A DNA stretch of 45,883 bases from an uncultured Bdellovibrionales bacterium (GCA_937936325.1 CALGWV010000018.1:1-45883), one strand, 5' to 3'. Shown: positions 19,621 through 29,825, numbered from the stretch's first letter. Program-made: numbers and translations. The notes: generated by a model from the sequence alone, not told the origin.

Positions 19621-19785
19621 AAGGCTTTGGAAGATTCGTTTGTCCAAATGAGAAATTAGATTGCGCACAGACAAAGTAAATTGAAGGCTGAGTTGTGACT
19701 CGGTCGAGTTTAATTTTGTCAGTGCCCACTTTGGTTTCGACTTGAGATGTTGTTTCTAGTGGACAAACGAATCTTCCACAGCCTC
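19621..19785. mobile_element. Family-2 MITE-like element, copy 2
   Basis: AAGGCTTTGGAAGATTCGTTTGTCCA ... TGGACAAACGAATCTTCCACAGCCTC (24/26), TA flanks. Confidence 0.82.
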
Positions 19786-19830
19786 TAAGGTTTTAGAACG
19801 TAGAACAACAAGTAAATAGGAGGATAAGGT

Positions 19831-21555
19831 ATGAGATATTTTCTAGTTTTTAGTTTGGCTTTGTTATTTAGCCCATGGGTTTCTCAAGCTACTGTCACTT
19901 GTGACTTGAATGCACAGGACAGTTGTGAATTCCAGGTCAATTTAAATCCAGTCGGGACGGTTTTTGTACATGGTATAAATATCATCGGAGCTGCTGGAGA
20001 AATACAGGTTAGATCAAATACAGGTTTGCCTGTCATGATGAGTGAAGTGCATTATCTCACATCGCAATTTGATCCAAATAATCAGCAACATACATATAAC
20101 ATGACATCTGCAACTCAATCTTCGAGTCAGGTTCCAACGTGGGCAAGGGCTGCTCAGCAGTACTTTAGTGGGCAGTATGAAAACTCTTCTGTGAGTATTT
20201 TTATTCATCGAGCCTCATATGTACAAAATAGCCCTGCTTCAGATGTTTTAACTGTGACACCTCAAGCCTGGACACCTCCTGCTGAGTCGACCTCTGATTT
20301 TCAGTTTGTTCCAATGCCAAACCATACACCTGCGCAAACAAATCAAGTTTGCTCCTACAGGAGTAGCTTTGGGGTAGATCCCATTTACGTACGTCCAGGT
20401 GAGAAAGTCGACTGGCCTTTTGGTGAGCCTACTAAGACAGTGAGTCCGGAGGGTTGTGAATCTGGTTATGAAGGTACCGTGACTACCGTAAGTCAGAAGT
20501 TTTGGACTCAAGAGATGGGAGCTGACTGCAATTTAAAGCAAAATATACTTAATGAGTCAGAGAAAGTTGTTGATAAAATATATGACTGCACGCCCATTGT
20601 TAGCCCACAATCTCGAAAATCTGTCCCTGAAATTTCTCCAACTCCTCATGTTTACACTTGCCGCGTAGGTGGGACAATTTTAACTGGCGGAGGTTATGCT
20701 CAAGATTTAGCTGACCCTGTGCTAGAAAGTTTTCATGATTATTGTTCAAAGGGGTACTCTGGAGAAATTGTAGCTCTTACTCCTAAGTATAAATATTATG
20801 ATTGCAAAAATTTTGACTATGCTGAGTTAAATGAAGCTTACCCAGAAAAATATGGGCACAATCAAACCAAAATAGTGGACCGATGCACTCCGGCACCTCT
20901 TTCTTCTTGTTCTCATCCTCGGACTGGGGCAGAAGTCGTTCACGGTGAGCAGATTTTTGTTCGAGATCGTAATAGGTCTAAGCGCAAGAAAAGAAAGTGT
21001 TCCAATAGACGAAATGCTGAGGTGGTTTATGATATTTTCCATACAAAAATAGCAAAAAAATGTAACGGAAAAACAGGTTATTTTGAAGATGTTTATGTAA
21101 ACAGCAGTCTCTTAGAAACTTTTGGCAAGATTAAGCAAAAAGCTGAATGTCGTAAAAAGCACGAAAGAAGACGAGAGCGCGAAGCTCGAAGACAAGAAAA
21201 AGAGAGAGAGCAAAAAAGGCGTGAAGTTCGAAGACAAGAAAAAGAGAGAGAGCAAAAAAGGCGTGAAGTTCGAAGACAAGAAAGAGAGAGAGAGCAAAAA
21301 CGCGAAGCTCGAAGACAAGAAAAAGAGAGAGAGCAAAGGCGTAAGGCTCAAAGAGACAGGTCTCAGGTTCGAAAAAAAGAGAAGCCTAAATCCAAGGTTT
21401 CGTCTACTCCTAAAAAAACAAAAAATAAGCCAAGGAAAAGAAATGAGTCTGCAGCAGGTAAACCTCAACCGCACCCAGAGTGTATTTGGGATATAAGTAT
21501 AGAGGACTGGGATTGTGGCAGACGTCACGCCCCTACAGCAGACTCAAGCAAATAA
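19831..21555 (+). CDS. Secreted Cys-rich protein with three 4-Cys modules and a charged E/R/K repeat
   Basis: AGGAGG RBS, signal peptide MRYFLVFSLALLFSPWVSQA, 16 Cys, own terminator. Confidence 0.8.
   Translation: MRYFLVFSLALLFSPWVSQATVTCDLNAQDSCEFQVNLNPVGTVFVHGINIIGAAGEIQVRSNTGLPVMMSEVHYLTSQFDPNNQQHTYNMTSATQSSSQVPTWARAAQQYFSGQYENSSVSIFIHRASYVQNSPASDVLTVTPQAWTPPAESTSDFQFVPMPNHTPAQTNQVCSYRSSFGVDPIYVRPGEKVDWPFGEPTKTVSPEGCESGYEGTVTTVSQKFWTQEMGADCNLKQNILNESEKVVDKIYDCTPIVSPQSRKSVPEISPTPHVYTCRVGGTILTGGGYAQDLADPVLESFHDYCSKGYSGEIVALTPKYKYYDCKNFDYAELNEAYPEKYGHNQTKIVDRCTPAPLSSCSHPRTGAEVVHGEQIFVRDRNRSKRKKRKCSNRRNAEVVYDIFHTKIAKKCNGKTGYFEDVYVNSSLLETFGKIKQKAECRKKHERRREREARRQEKEREQKRREVRRQEKEREQKRREVRRQEREREQKREARRQEKEREQRRKAQRDRSQVRKKEKPKSKVSSTPKKTKNKPRKRNESAAGKPQPHPECIWDISIEDWDCGRRHAPTADSSK
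21181..21342 (+). repeat. Coding tandem repeat, four units of 42/42/39/39 bp
   Basis: GAAGYTCGAAGACAAGAAARAGAGAGAGAGCAAA... encoding E(A/V)RRQE(K/R)EREQKRR. Confidence 0.95.
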
Positions 21556-21562
21556 AATTACG

Positions 21563-21597
21563 AAAGAAGCGGCTCATAGAGCTGCTTCTTTTTTTTT
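21563..21597 (+). terminator. Rho-independent terminator
   Basis: AAAGAAGCGGCTC-ATA-GAGCTGCTTCTTT followed by T-run. Confidence 0.9.
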
Positions 21598-21699
21598 AAT
21601 AAAAATTAATTTTTTTTAACCCAAGTAAAAAAATACTCTATCCGTATGGGTCGACCTTCCTTGTTGCTATTTAGTTTAAACTTTGTGACTCTGATTTGA

Positions 21700-22950
21700 A
21701 TGACTGAGTTTATGACCAAACGTTTTAGCCCTTTTAAATCCAGAAACTTCAGTTTATTTTTTGCAGCTCATACTTTATCACTGGTGGGTAAGTGGTCCCA
21801 TGAGTTGGCAAGAGCTTGGCTTATTTTTGAAATCACAGGTCAGGCTGGAGCCATGGGATTCGTACTTCTAGCCGGAGCTGTTCCAGTAGCACTTTTTATG
21901 CTTTATGGGGGGGCACTTGTAGATCGTTCTGATGCAAAAAAAATGATGATAGGTACACAAACAGTCCTTGCGCTGGCTTCTTTGTTTTTTGCATTTCATG
22001 TGGAGTTTCGCCAAGTTTTTTTCTGGCATCTTGTGGCTTTTGCTGTGTTGGAGGGACTGATTATGGCTTTTGATGTCCCTTCTTTTCAAGCTCTTGTTGT
22101 TAAACTTGTTCCGAAAGAGGATTATCAACAGGCTTTGGCTTTAAATTCAACAATATTTCATTTGGGTCGTGTTATAGGACCAGTTTTAGCAGGCCTGCTG
22201 ATGGCTTTTCATGGGCCTAGCCTTGTTTTTTTATTTGATGGTATTACGTTTTTAGTTCTACTTATAATACTTTATATGATGAGATGGGATGAGCAGAGTG
22301 CTTCAGAGTGGGTCCCTAAAAAACCAAAACCAATAAAATCAAACTTTGAAGATATCAAAGAAGGTTTAGTTTATTTATTTACGACCCATCACCTTAGATA
22401 TCCTTTGTCTCAGTTATTTATCACGATTATTGTGATTTTTCCCATGTTAATTTCAGTGCTCCGCACCTATATTCCTATTAACTATAATTTAAGTGCCAGT
22501 GAATACGGGTGGGTTTTTGCCTTTCCGGCTGTAGGATCTATGATGGGAGCGCTATTCTTTATGATTTGGAAGCCGGAACAGCCATTAAAAGCCTTAAAGT
22601 TTGGAGTGCCTTTTACAGCCTTAGGTATATTTTTAATTCCTATGTGTACGAGCATAATGATGGCCTGTTTGTTGATGTCAGTGGCTGGCTTTTTTACTTA
22701 TCTGTCCTTAGCCTCTTTAACAGTGTCGCTTCACCTAAGTATATTGGAGCAATATAGAGGACGTTTGAGTTCAGTAGTGGGTCTTGGATTTTTATGTATA
22801 GGACCACTCTTAAGCTATCCAATTGGAAAACTTTCAGATTATATTGGGTACGAAGTTACCATACAAATCTCAGCAATAACTTTTTTCATCTTCTCAGTAG
22901 CTTTATATTTTCTGACCTATAAATCTTCAGAAGTCGTAAAAGTTGACTAA
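21700..22950 (+). CDS. MFS transporter (MFS_3/DHA3-like)
   Basis: About 12 hydrophobic segments; SRNFSLFF, GGALVDR, ALALNS...RVIGP, YRGRL. Confidence 0.9.
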   Translation: MTEFMTKRFSPFKSRNFSLFFAAHTLSLVGKWSHELARAWLIFEITGQAGAMGFVLLAGAVPVALFMLYGGALVDRSDAKKMMIGTQTVLALASLFFAFHVEFRQVFFWHLVAFAVLEGLIMAFDVPSFQALVVKLVPKEDYQQALALNSTIFHLGRVIGPVLAGLLMAFHGPSLVFLFDGITFLVLLIILYMMRWDEQSASEWVPKKPKPIKSNFEDIKEGLVYLFTTHHLRYPLSQLFITIIVIFPMLISVLRTYIPINYNLSASEYGWVFAFPAVGSMMGALFFMIWKPEQPLKALKFGVPFTALGIFLIPMCTSIMMACLLMSVAGFFTYLSLASLTVSLHLSILEQYRGRLSSVVGLGFLCIGPLLSYPIGKLSDYIGYEVTIQISAITFFIFSVALYFLTYKSSEVVKVD

Positions 22951-23060
22951 AAATTGAGCAAATGAATTTTTAAAAAAAATATTAATTTTCTTTAAAGTCC
23001 AACAGAACGAGAGTATTCGCCTCTTAACCCAAAACTAACATAAATTGAAAATTTTACACA

Positions 23061-23089
23061 TTGAAAACCCCTCTCAGAATTGTTACATT
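23061..23089 (+). promoter_or_regulatory. Sigma70-type promoter for carD-gltX
   Basis: TTGAAA-17 bp-TACATT with TG extension, 22 nt before ATG 23112. Confidence 0.6.
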
Positions 23090-23111
23090 ATGCGTCAGGC
23101 TAGGAGGTTTG

Positions 23112-23642
23112 ATGTCGATACGTTTTCAAATAGGTGATAAAGCAGTTTATCCAGGACGAGGAGTGGCAGAAATCAAATCCATTCAGGAAAAAACAATCTC
23201 TGGGGTTCAATACAATTTTTATAGTTTGTATCTTGAAAAAACAGGCATCACAGTGATGGTTCCTGAAAAACAACTGGTTGCTCATGGGGTTCGACCCGTT
23301 ATCGATGAAGACGGAGCCGGACAAATTCTTGAAGAGCTTCGGAAGAAAGAAATCTTAAAGCCTAAAAACACAAAACTCATTTGGAAAAAACGCGTTCAGC
23401 TTTATACAGATAAAATCAACACAGGTTGCTTATTTCAAACAGTAGAAGTTTTGAGAGAACTCTTGTACCTCAAAGAGATCAAAACTCTAAGCTACAGCGA
23501 GCAACAAATCTTTGAAACGGCTCAGTTCTTACTTTCAGAAGAGATCTCCATCGCCACTGGTCAACAAGATATTTTGAACTCCTTCTTCTTCACTGTTAGT
23601 GTGACTGAAGATGAAACTACACAACACAAACTCCACGCCTAA
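23112..23642 (+). CDS. carD: CarD family RNA polymerase-binding regulator
   Basis: FQIGDKAVYPGRGVAEI, VMVP, GVRPVI, conserved W in WKKR; AGGAGG RBS before ATG 23112. Confidence 0.88.
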   Translation: MSIRFQIGDKAVYPGRGVAEIKSIQEKTISGVQYNFYSLYLEKTGITVMVPEKQLVAHGVRPVIDEDGAGQILEELRKKEILKPKNTKLIWKKRVQLYTDKINTGCLFQTVEVLRELLYLKEIKTLSYSEQQIFETAQFLLSEEISIATGQQDILNSFFFTVSVTEDETTQHKLHA

Positions 23643-25104
23643 AAAAGTCAGAGTCCGTTTTGCCCCAAGCCCAACGGGTTACCTCCATGTAGGTGGGGCA
23701 CGAACCGCTCTTTACGATTACCTCTTTGCTCAAAAGTTTGGAGGAGAGTTCATTCTCCGTATCGAAGACACAGATGAAGAGCGTAGCAAAGACGAATACA
23801 TGTGGTCTCAACTTGAAGATTTAAAATGGTTGGGGCTCACTTGGTCAGAAGGCCCTCAAGTCGAAACTCAAAAAGAGACGGGGGACTTAGGCCCTTATCA
23901 ACAAAAATACCGCTTAGAAATTTATAAAAAATATATTGATCAGCTTCTGGATCAAGGCCAAGCTTATTACTGTTTTTTAACGGAAGGAGAACTAGACCAG
24001 CAAAGAGAAGTGGCTAAAAAAAACAAGCTTCCTTTTCGTCCTCTAAGTCCGTCAAGAGATTGGTCCAAAGACAAAGCTTTGGCCCACACTAAAGAAAACC
24101 AGCTTCAGCCTACGGTCAGGTTCAAAAATAATTTTAAAAACAAAAAGTTTGAGTTTAAAGATTTAGTTCGAGGAGACATGAGTTTTCCATCAGATATGAT
24201 CGGAGACTTTGTCATTCAAAGATCCAGTGGAATGCCTGTTTATAATTTTGTCTGCACCATTGATGATGCTTTGATGAAAATCTCACACGTCTTCCGTGCT
24301 GAAGAACATCTTTCTAATACTTTAAAACAACTGATGATTTATGAGACTCTAGGTTTTGATAGACCTGAGTTTGCTCACCTTTCGATTATGTTAGGGGAGG
24401 ACAGACAAAAGCTTTCTAAAAGGCATGGAGCCACCAGTGTGTCTCAGTTTAAAGAAGAAGGTTATCTTCCTGAAGCTCTCACAAATTTTATTGCACTCAT
24501 GGGTTGGAGCTCACCCAGTGGTGAAGAGATTCTAAGCCAAAAGGAAATGATAGATAATTTTTCTTCAGATCGTTTTAATTCCGCTTCTTCTGTATTCGAT
24601 CCTGAAAAACTAAAATGGATGAATGCTCAGTATTTAAGAAAGCTAGAGCATCAAGACCTTTGGCAACGCTTGCAGGTCTTTTTTGATAAAGAACATCTAA
24701 AGCTCCCACAGGATAAAACTTGGGTAGATATGGCATTAGAGACTTTTAAAAGTTCAATGGAGACGCTTAAAGACGCTGTTGAATTGTTTCGCCCTATTTG
24801 TCCTGATCATTTTAAACTTGAGGACTCAGCCTCGGAGGTGATGGCATGGGAGACTACAGCAAAAGTTTTAGAATATTGGAAATCTGAGGTTTCAAACTAT
24901 CCTCATGATTATCTGTCTGCAGAAGACTTTAAGGCCCTTACGAAAAAAATTCAGAAAGACTGTGAGGTTAAAGGCAAGCCGCTTTTTATGCCTCTAAGGG
25001 TGGCTCTCATTGGCGCTCCCCAAGGAGTTGAGTTAGCTAAGCTAATACCACTGCTCTCAAGACAGGAGATCCTCAGGCGTGTCAGTGTGGTCTTAGGGGT
25101 TTAG
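23611..25104 (+). CDS. gltX: Glutamate--tRNA ligase
   Basis: RVRFAPSPTGYLHVGGART, KLSKR. Confidence 0.97.
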   Translation: MKLHNTNSTPKKVRVRFAPSPTGYLHVGGARTALYDYLFAQKFGGEFILRIEDTDEERSKDEYMWSQLEDLKWLGLTWSEGPQVETQKETGDLGPYQQKYRLEIYKKYIDQLLDQGQAYYCFLTEGELDQQREVAKKNKLPFRPLSPSRDWSKDKALAHTKENQLQPTVRFKNNFKNKKFEFKDLVRGDMSFPSDMIGDFVIQRSSGMPVYNFVCTIDDALMKISHVFRAEEHLSNTLKQLMIYETLGFDRPEFAHLSIMLGEDRQKLSKRHGATSVSQFKEEGYLPEALTNFIALMGWSSPSGEEILSQKEMIDNFSSDRFNSASSVFDPEKLKWMNAQYLRKLEHQDLWQRLQVFFDKEHLKLPQDKTWVDMALETFKSSMETLKDAVELFRPICPDHFKLEDSASEVMAWETTAKVLEYWKSEVSNYPHDYLSAEDFKALTKKIQKDCEVKGKPLFMPLRVALIGAPQGVELAKLIPLLSRQEILRRVSVVLGV

Positions 25105-25232
25105 GGAAGGTAACTATTGTAAGCTTGAACGTTGAAGTTGATGATCCAGCTCTTTTAATTGAGTGGACCCTAGTTTCAGGGGAGTTGAGGCCATAGCCTA
25201 TTGAAGTGCAGATTTATGTTAATGTAGACTCT

Positions 25233-27239
25233 ATGTTCAAACTCAAGTCTAAATTTCAGCCCGCGGGAGATCAGCCTGGGGCCATCAAAGAAATCGTAGA
25301 AACCTACAAGCAAGGGCAAAGATTCCAAACTCTCTTAGGAGTCACTGGCTCTGGTAAAACTTTCACCATGGCCCATTGTATCGAGCAGCTCAAGATGCCT
25401 ACACTCATTATGGCTCCTAATAAAACTTTGGCGGCTCAGCTTTATGGTGAGTTTAAAGATTTTTTTCCGGAGAATGCCGTCGAGTACTTTGTCAGTTATT
25501 ACGATTACTATCAGCCAGAAGCTTTTATCCCATCTACAAATACTTTTATTGAAAAAGATTCTGCCATTAATGAGCAAATTGATCGCATGAGACATTCTGC
25601 CACTCGAAGTCTTTTGGAGCGTGAAGATGTGATTATAGTTTCCAGTGTATCCTGTATTTATGGACTTGGTTCTCCAGAAGAGTATTTAAATCAAGTGGTC
25701 ACTGTTGAGGTGAATCAGCAGATGACCCGAGATCAATTTTTAAAAGAGTTGGTTCGGGTGCAGTACAAAAGACAAGACGTGGATTTTGATCGAGGCTGTT
25801 TTCGTGTGCGAGGAGATAGAGTAGAGATTCACCCTCCCTATGAAGAAGAGATTGTGATCCGAGTGGAGTTCTTTGGAAATTTTATTGAAGAGATCACCCT
25901 GGTCGATCCTGTCAGAATGACACCCCTAAAATCCTTACGAAAAGCATCTGTATATCCGGCCAGCCACTATGTGACCTCAGATGAAAAAATGAAACAGGCT
26001 ATGAGTGATATTCGTGAAGAGCTCAGACATAGACTTAATGAGCTTGAAGCTGCAGGTAAAATGTTAGAGGCCGAGCGCTTAAACAAGCGCACACAGTTTG
26101 ATTTAGAGATGATGCTCGAGATGGGGTTTTGCCCTGGGATTGAAAACTACTCCAGGCATATGACAAGACAACAAGCCGGTGAAGCTCCGCCGACTTTAAT
26201 AGAATACTTCCCTAAAAAGTTTTTAACTCTAATTGATGAGTCCCATGTGACCGTCCCCCAGGTGGGGGGAATGTATCGTGGAGATCGGGCCCGAAAGTCT
26301 ACTCTTGTGGAGCATGGTTTTAGGCTTCCGTCAGCTCTTGATAATCGACCTCTTAACTTTGAAGAATTTGAAAAACTCAATGATCATGTTCTCTATGTTT
26401 CAGCCACACCTGGTGATTATGAAAAAAATAAAACCGGGGGGCAAATTGTAGAGCAGATCATTCGACCCACTGGTTTGCTAGATCCTGAGATAGAAGTGCG
26501 ACCTGCTACGGGCCAAGTTAAAGATGTCTTAGGTGAAATCAAAAAGGTGGTCGCTCAAAATTTTAGAGTTTTGGTCACCACTTTAACTAAAAAGAGTTCT
26601 GAGGATTTAACTCAATATCTCAACCAACACGGGGTTCAGGTGCGCTACCTGCATAGTGATATTAAAACTGTGGAACGCACTGAAATTTTAAGAGATTTAA
26701 GGCTTGGGGTTTTTGATGTGCTTGTGGGAATCAACCTCTTGCGTGAAGGCTTAGATCTCCCTGAGGTCAGTCTTGTTGCCATCTTAGATGCAGACAAAGA
26801 AGGTTTTTTAAGATCAAAGCGTTCTTTGGTTCAGACCATTGGGCGTGCCGCTCGAAATGAACAGGGGCGAGTGATCCTCTATGCTGACAAGATCACCGAG
26901 TCTATGGAGTACGCCATGAGTGAAACCTCAAGAAGGCGGAAGCTCCAAATAAAGTATAATATAGATCATGGGATGACCCCCAAAACTATTATACGTCCTG
27001 TGAAAGAAGGTTTGCTCGAGATGTACTCCGCTGCCGTTGACCCTGATGAGAGCCTCCAGGTTTTAAAAAATAAGGTGCAGCAATACAGAGATCAAAAAGG
27101 AGGGCTGCCAAAAGAAATCACTAAGCTTAAGAAAAAAATGAAAAAAGCCTCTGAAGAGCTGGAGTTTGAGGTCGCTGCTAATATTAGAGATGAAATCAAA
27201 CGCCTGCAGCTCATGGATATGGAACTGGCTGGGGATTAG
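25233..27239 (+). CDS. uvrB: Excinuclease ABC subunit B
   Basis: LLGVTGSGKTFT, YFVSYYDYYQPEA, DESH, C-terminal UVR domain; ATG 25233 preferred. Confidence 0.98.
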   Translation: MFKLKSKFQPAGDQPGAIKEIVETYKQGQRFQTLLGVTGSGKTFTMAHCIEQLKMPTLIMAPNKTLAAQLYGEFKDFFPENAVEYFVSYYDYYQPEAFIPSTNTFIEKDSAINEQIDRMRHSATRSLLEREDVIIVSSVSCIYGLGSPEEYLNQVVTVEVNQQMTRDQFLKELVRVQYKRQDVDFDRGCFRVRGDRVEIHPPYEEEIVIRVEFFGNFIEEITLVDPVRMTPLKSLRKASVYPASHYVTSDEKMKQAMSDIREELRHRLNELEAAGKMLEAERLNKRTQFDLEMMLEMGFCPGIENYSRHMTRQQAGEAPPTLIEYFPKKFLTLIDESHVTVPQVGGMYRGDRARKSTLVEHGFRLPSALDNRPLNFEEFEKLNDHVLYVSATPGDYEKNKTGGQIVEQIIRPTGLLDPEIEVRPATGQVKDVLGEIKKVVAQNFRVLVTTLTKKSSEDLTQYLNQHGVQVRYLHSDIKTVERTEILRDLRLGVFDVLVGINLLREGLDLPEVSLVAILDADKEGFLRSKRSLVQTIGRAARNEQGRVILYADKITESMEYAMSETSRRRKLQIKYNIDHGMTPKTIIRPVKEGLLEMYSAAVDPDESLQVLKNKVQQYRDQKGGLPKEITKLKKKMKKASEELEFEVAANIRDEIKRLQLMDMELAGD

Positions 27240-27448
27240 CTAAAGGTGAGAAGAAAGTCTTATTTAAAATATGATTTTGCACATTAATGTAAGTTATTGA
27301 TTTTCTTATGAAGTAATAGCTATATGGCCTTTGTTTCTTATCTCAGCCTATTAAAAAGTTAAGGTTTAGCCATTATACTTAGAAAAGTTGGATTTATGCC
27401 TGGAAGTAAGATATATCGAGAAGTATGACTAACAAAGGAGATCAGTCT

Positions 27449-27847
27449 ATGAAGTTATTATTATTTGTTACATTATTTATTTCGTCTCAAGTTTTTGCTG
27501 GTGTTGATGATTTAAAGATCATAACTATGGAAAAAATGACAAATGTGGATGAAAAAACAGTTGATATACCTGATTCTGTCACCAGACTCATTGTTAATGC
27601 TACTGTTGAAGTGGGAAACTGCTCTACGGAGCCTAAAATGTCTTTAACAATGGATGAGGACCGTAAAGTTTTAAAGGTATCTGCTAATGAAGGACATATA
27701 GCTTTCTCTTGTTTCAAAACAAATGAAACTCAAGAGCTTTCAGTTGCATTAGTTTATCTTTTGCCAGAAAGCGTAAAAAGCTCCGGGACTTTAAGTTTTA
27801 AGTTTTTGGGTGATAACTTTGTGGACGTGGAGTTCTTTTTTCTTTAA
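27449..27847 (+). CDS. Small secreted hypothetical protein
   Basis: AGGAG RBS, signal MKLLLFVTLFISSQVFA, two Cys, own terminator. Confidence 0.75.
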   Translation: MKLLLFVTLFISSQVFAGVDDLKIITMEKMTNVDEKTVDIPDSVTRLIVNATVEVGNCSTEPKMSLTMDEDRKVLKVSANEGHIAFSCFKTNETQELSVALVYLLPESVKSSGTLSFKFLGDNFVDVEFFFL

Positions 27848-27880
27848 TAATATTGTTTCATTATAATTATTTATAAACTC

Positions 27881-27916
27881 AAGGCGACGTGTGAAAACAC
27901 ATCGCCTTATTTTTTT
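27881..27916 (+). terminator. Rho-independent terminator
   Basis: AAGGCGACGTGT-GAAA-ACACATCGCCTT then ATTTTTTT. Confidence 0.8.
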
Positions 27917-27962
27917 GTAAAATGGACTTTATGAAAAACAATATTTCAAAAATTAGGCTCAG

Positions 27963-29690
27963 ATGACTGGATCTCGAATTGAGGCTCCATCTTCAGACCT
28001 CGATACACTTAAAATTCTTGCTAAGACCTTTCCAAAATCCCCAGGTGTTTATCTCATGAAAAACCATGCCGAAGTGGTCATTTATGTGGGTAAAGCTAAA
28101 AATTTAAAAAATCGAGTGAGTAGTTATTTTACAGGTATTAAAAATTTACCTTCAAAAGTAAAACATCTAGTTAAAAAAATTGTACATATTGATTATATGG
28201 TGACTGAAACTGAGGTTGAGGCTTTCTTACTTGAGGCGTCTTTAATTAAAAAATATCGCCCTAGATATAATATCCGACTTAAAGACGATAAGGCCTATCC
28301 CTATATTAAATATACTAAAAACGAAACCTACCCACGCCTTCTCATGAGTCGAAAGGTTAAAAATGATGGGGCTCTTTATTTTGGTCCTTATATTAGTGGT
28401 TATCATGTACGCGAGATGATTCAGTTTTTAAATCAAACCTACAAAGTGCGTGATTGTAGTAATGGATTTATGAAAATTCGTAAGCGCCCCTGTCTCACCC
28501 ATGAGATCGATGCCTGTGAGGCCCCTTGTGTAGATTTGGTTTCTAAAAAAAAATACACAAGCACCACCTTAAAAGCTGTAAAGTTTTTAGAAGGTGAGGA
28601 TCCTAAAATTCAAAAACTCATTGAAAAAAAGATGCTTAAAGCGGCGTCTCAAGAAGACTTTGAAACCGCAGCCATTTTAAGGGATCGCCTCACCTCGATT
28701 GAGCATTTGATGGAGAAACAAATTGTAGTGGGTTCTACTAAAGATGCAGATCGTGATGTCTTAGTGGTTGTGGAAGACGAAGACTCGCTTCTTTTAGAGT
28801 TTTTATTTTATAGAGCCGGTCGAGTCACTGGTTTTAAGAATCACTTTTTAACCCATAGGCAAAGGGGGGTTGAGGACCATGATTTAAGAGCCTGGCTCGT
28901 CTCCTTTTTAAATCAATATTATATGGATCAGATGATTCCCAAAAGAATCTGCCTTCCTATGGATTTGGGGCCGGAGCTCACAGCACTCTTGAAAAATGTT
29001 TTAGAAGCTCGTTTGGAAGCTCCAGTCTGGGTGTCTGCTGAAAAAGACCAGGTGGATTTAAAGCTCTATGAACTTTGTGAAAAAAATGCTCTCAAACACC
29101 TGAGTGACCAAAAAAATAAGCAAAGCCAAAAAGATCAAGGGCTCATGGATATCAAAAATAAATTGAACTTGCCTGATTTACCCAGTCGCATTGAATGCTA
29201 TGATATCTCTCACTTTCAAGGAGAGGAGACTGTAGGGTCCCAAGTCGTCTTCCAAGAGGGGTGGCCGAGTCGTGCTGATTATCGTAGGTATATTATTCGC
29301 ACAGTGAAGAACATAGATGACTATGAGTCTATGCGTGAGGTTTTAAAAAGGCGTTTTGCACATACAGAGTATAATGATCCTCAGATGATTTTAATAGATG
29401 GGGGTAAGGGGCAGCTCAAACGCGCCCTCAAAGCCCTTTCTGAAATGGGAAGGTCAGACATTCCTGTTGTAGGTATCGCTAAGGCTCGAACTCAAGGTCC
29501 GTTCAGCGACACTGAAGTCCATGGCACTCAAGAGCGATTTTACTTGCCCAACCAATTAAACCCTATCACTTTTCCCGCAAACTCAGAGGCTTTCAGGATA
29601 CTCACAAGCCTCAGAGACGAGGCCCATCGTTTCGCCATCACTCTCCACAGAAAACGTCGGGACGAAGCCCGTTTTCTTAGTTCTGACTAG
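27963..29690 (+). CDS. uvrC: Excinuclease ABC subunit C, lacking C-terminal HhH domain
   Basis: GIY-YIG (PGVYLMK...YVGKAKNL), 4-Cys region, UVR domain, RIECYDISH, IDGGKGQ, LRDEAHRFA then stop. Confidence 0.95.
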   Translation: MTGSRIEAPSSDLDTLKILAKTFPKSPGVYLMKNHAEVVIYVGKAKNLKNRVSSYFTGIKNLPSKVKHLVKKIVHIDYMVTETEVEAFLLEASLIKKYRPRYNIRLKDDKAYPYIKYTKNETYPRLLMSRKVKNDGALYFGPYISGYHVREMIQFLNQTYKVRDCSNGFMKIRKRPCLTHEIDACEAPCVDLVSKKKYTSTTLKAVKFLEGEDPKIQKLIEKKMLKAASQEDFETAAILRDRLTSIEHLMEKQIVVGSTKDADRDVLVVVEDEDSLLLEFLFYRAGRVTGFKNHFLTHRQRGVEDHDLRAWLVSFLNQYYMDQMIPKRICLPMDLGPELTALLKNVLEARLEAPVWVSAEKDQVDLKLYELCEKNALKHLSDQKNKQSQKDQGLMDIKNKLNLPDLPSRIECYDISHFQGEETVGSQVVFQEGWPSRADYRRYIIRTVKNIDDYESMREVLKRRFAHTEYNDPQMILIDGGKGQLKRALKALSEMGRSDIPVVGIAKARTQGPFSDTEVHGTQERFYLPNQLNPITFPANSEAFRILTSLRDEAHRFAITLHRKRRDEARFLSSD

Positions 29691-29825
29691 AGCATTCAGT
29701 TGCTCCATTTTTCTTCGCAGATGCCGTCTATATAAAGATATTTTTGCCCAAACATGAGCCCTCTTAGAAACACCCTTTTTCCATATTCCCTAGCTATTTT
29801 CAGCAGACCCATTAAAGTGGCACTT

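Noticed and set aside
21181-21342. Possible CRISPR array
   Set aside because: Units are contiguous, in frame and have no unique spacers; no cas genes.
21112-21528. Alternative-frame ORFs 21112-21528 (-) and 21122-21496 (+)
   Set aside because: Shadows of the purine-rich tandem repeat inside the 19831 gene, which has an RBS, signal peptide and terminator.
25105-25232. LexA box upstream of uvrB
   Set aside because: No convincing palindrome found.
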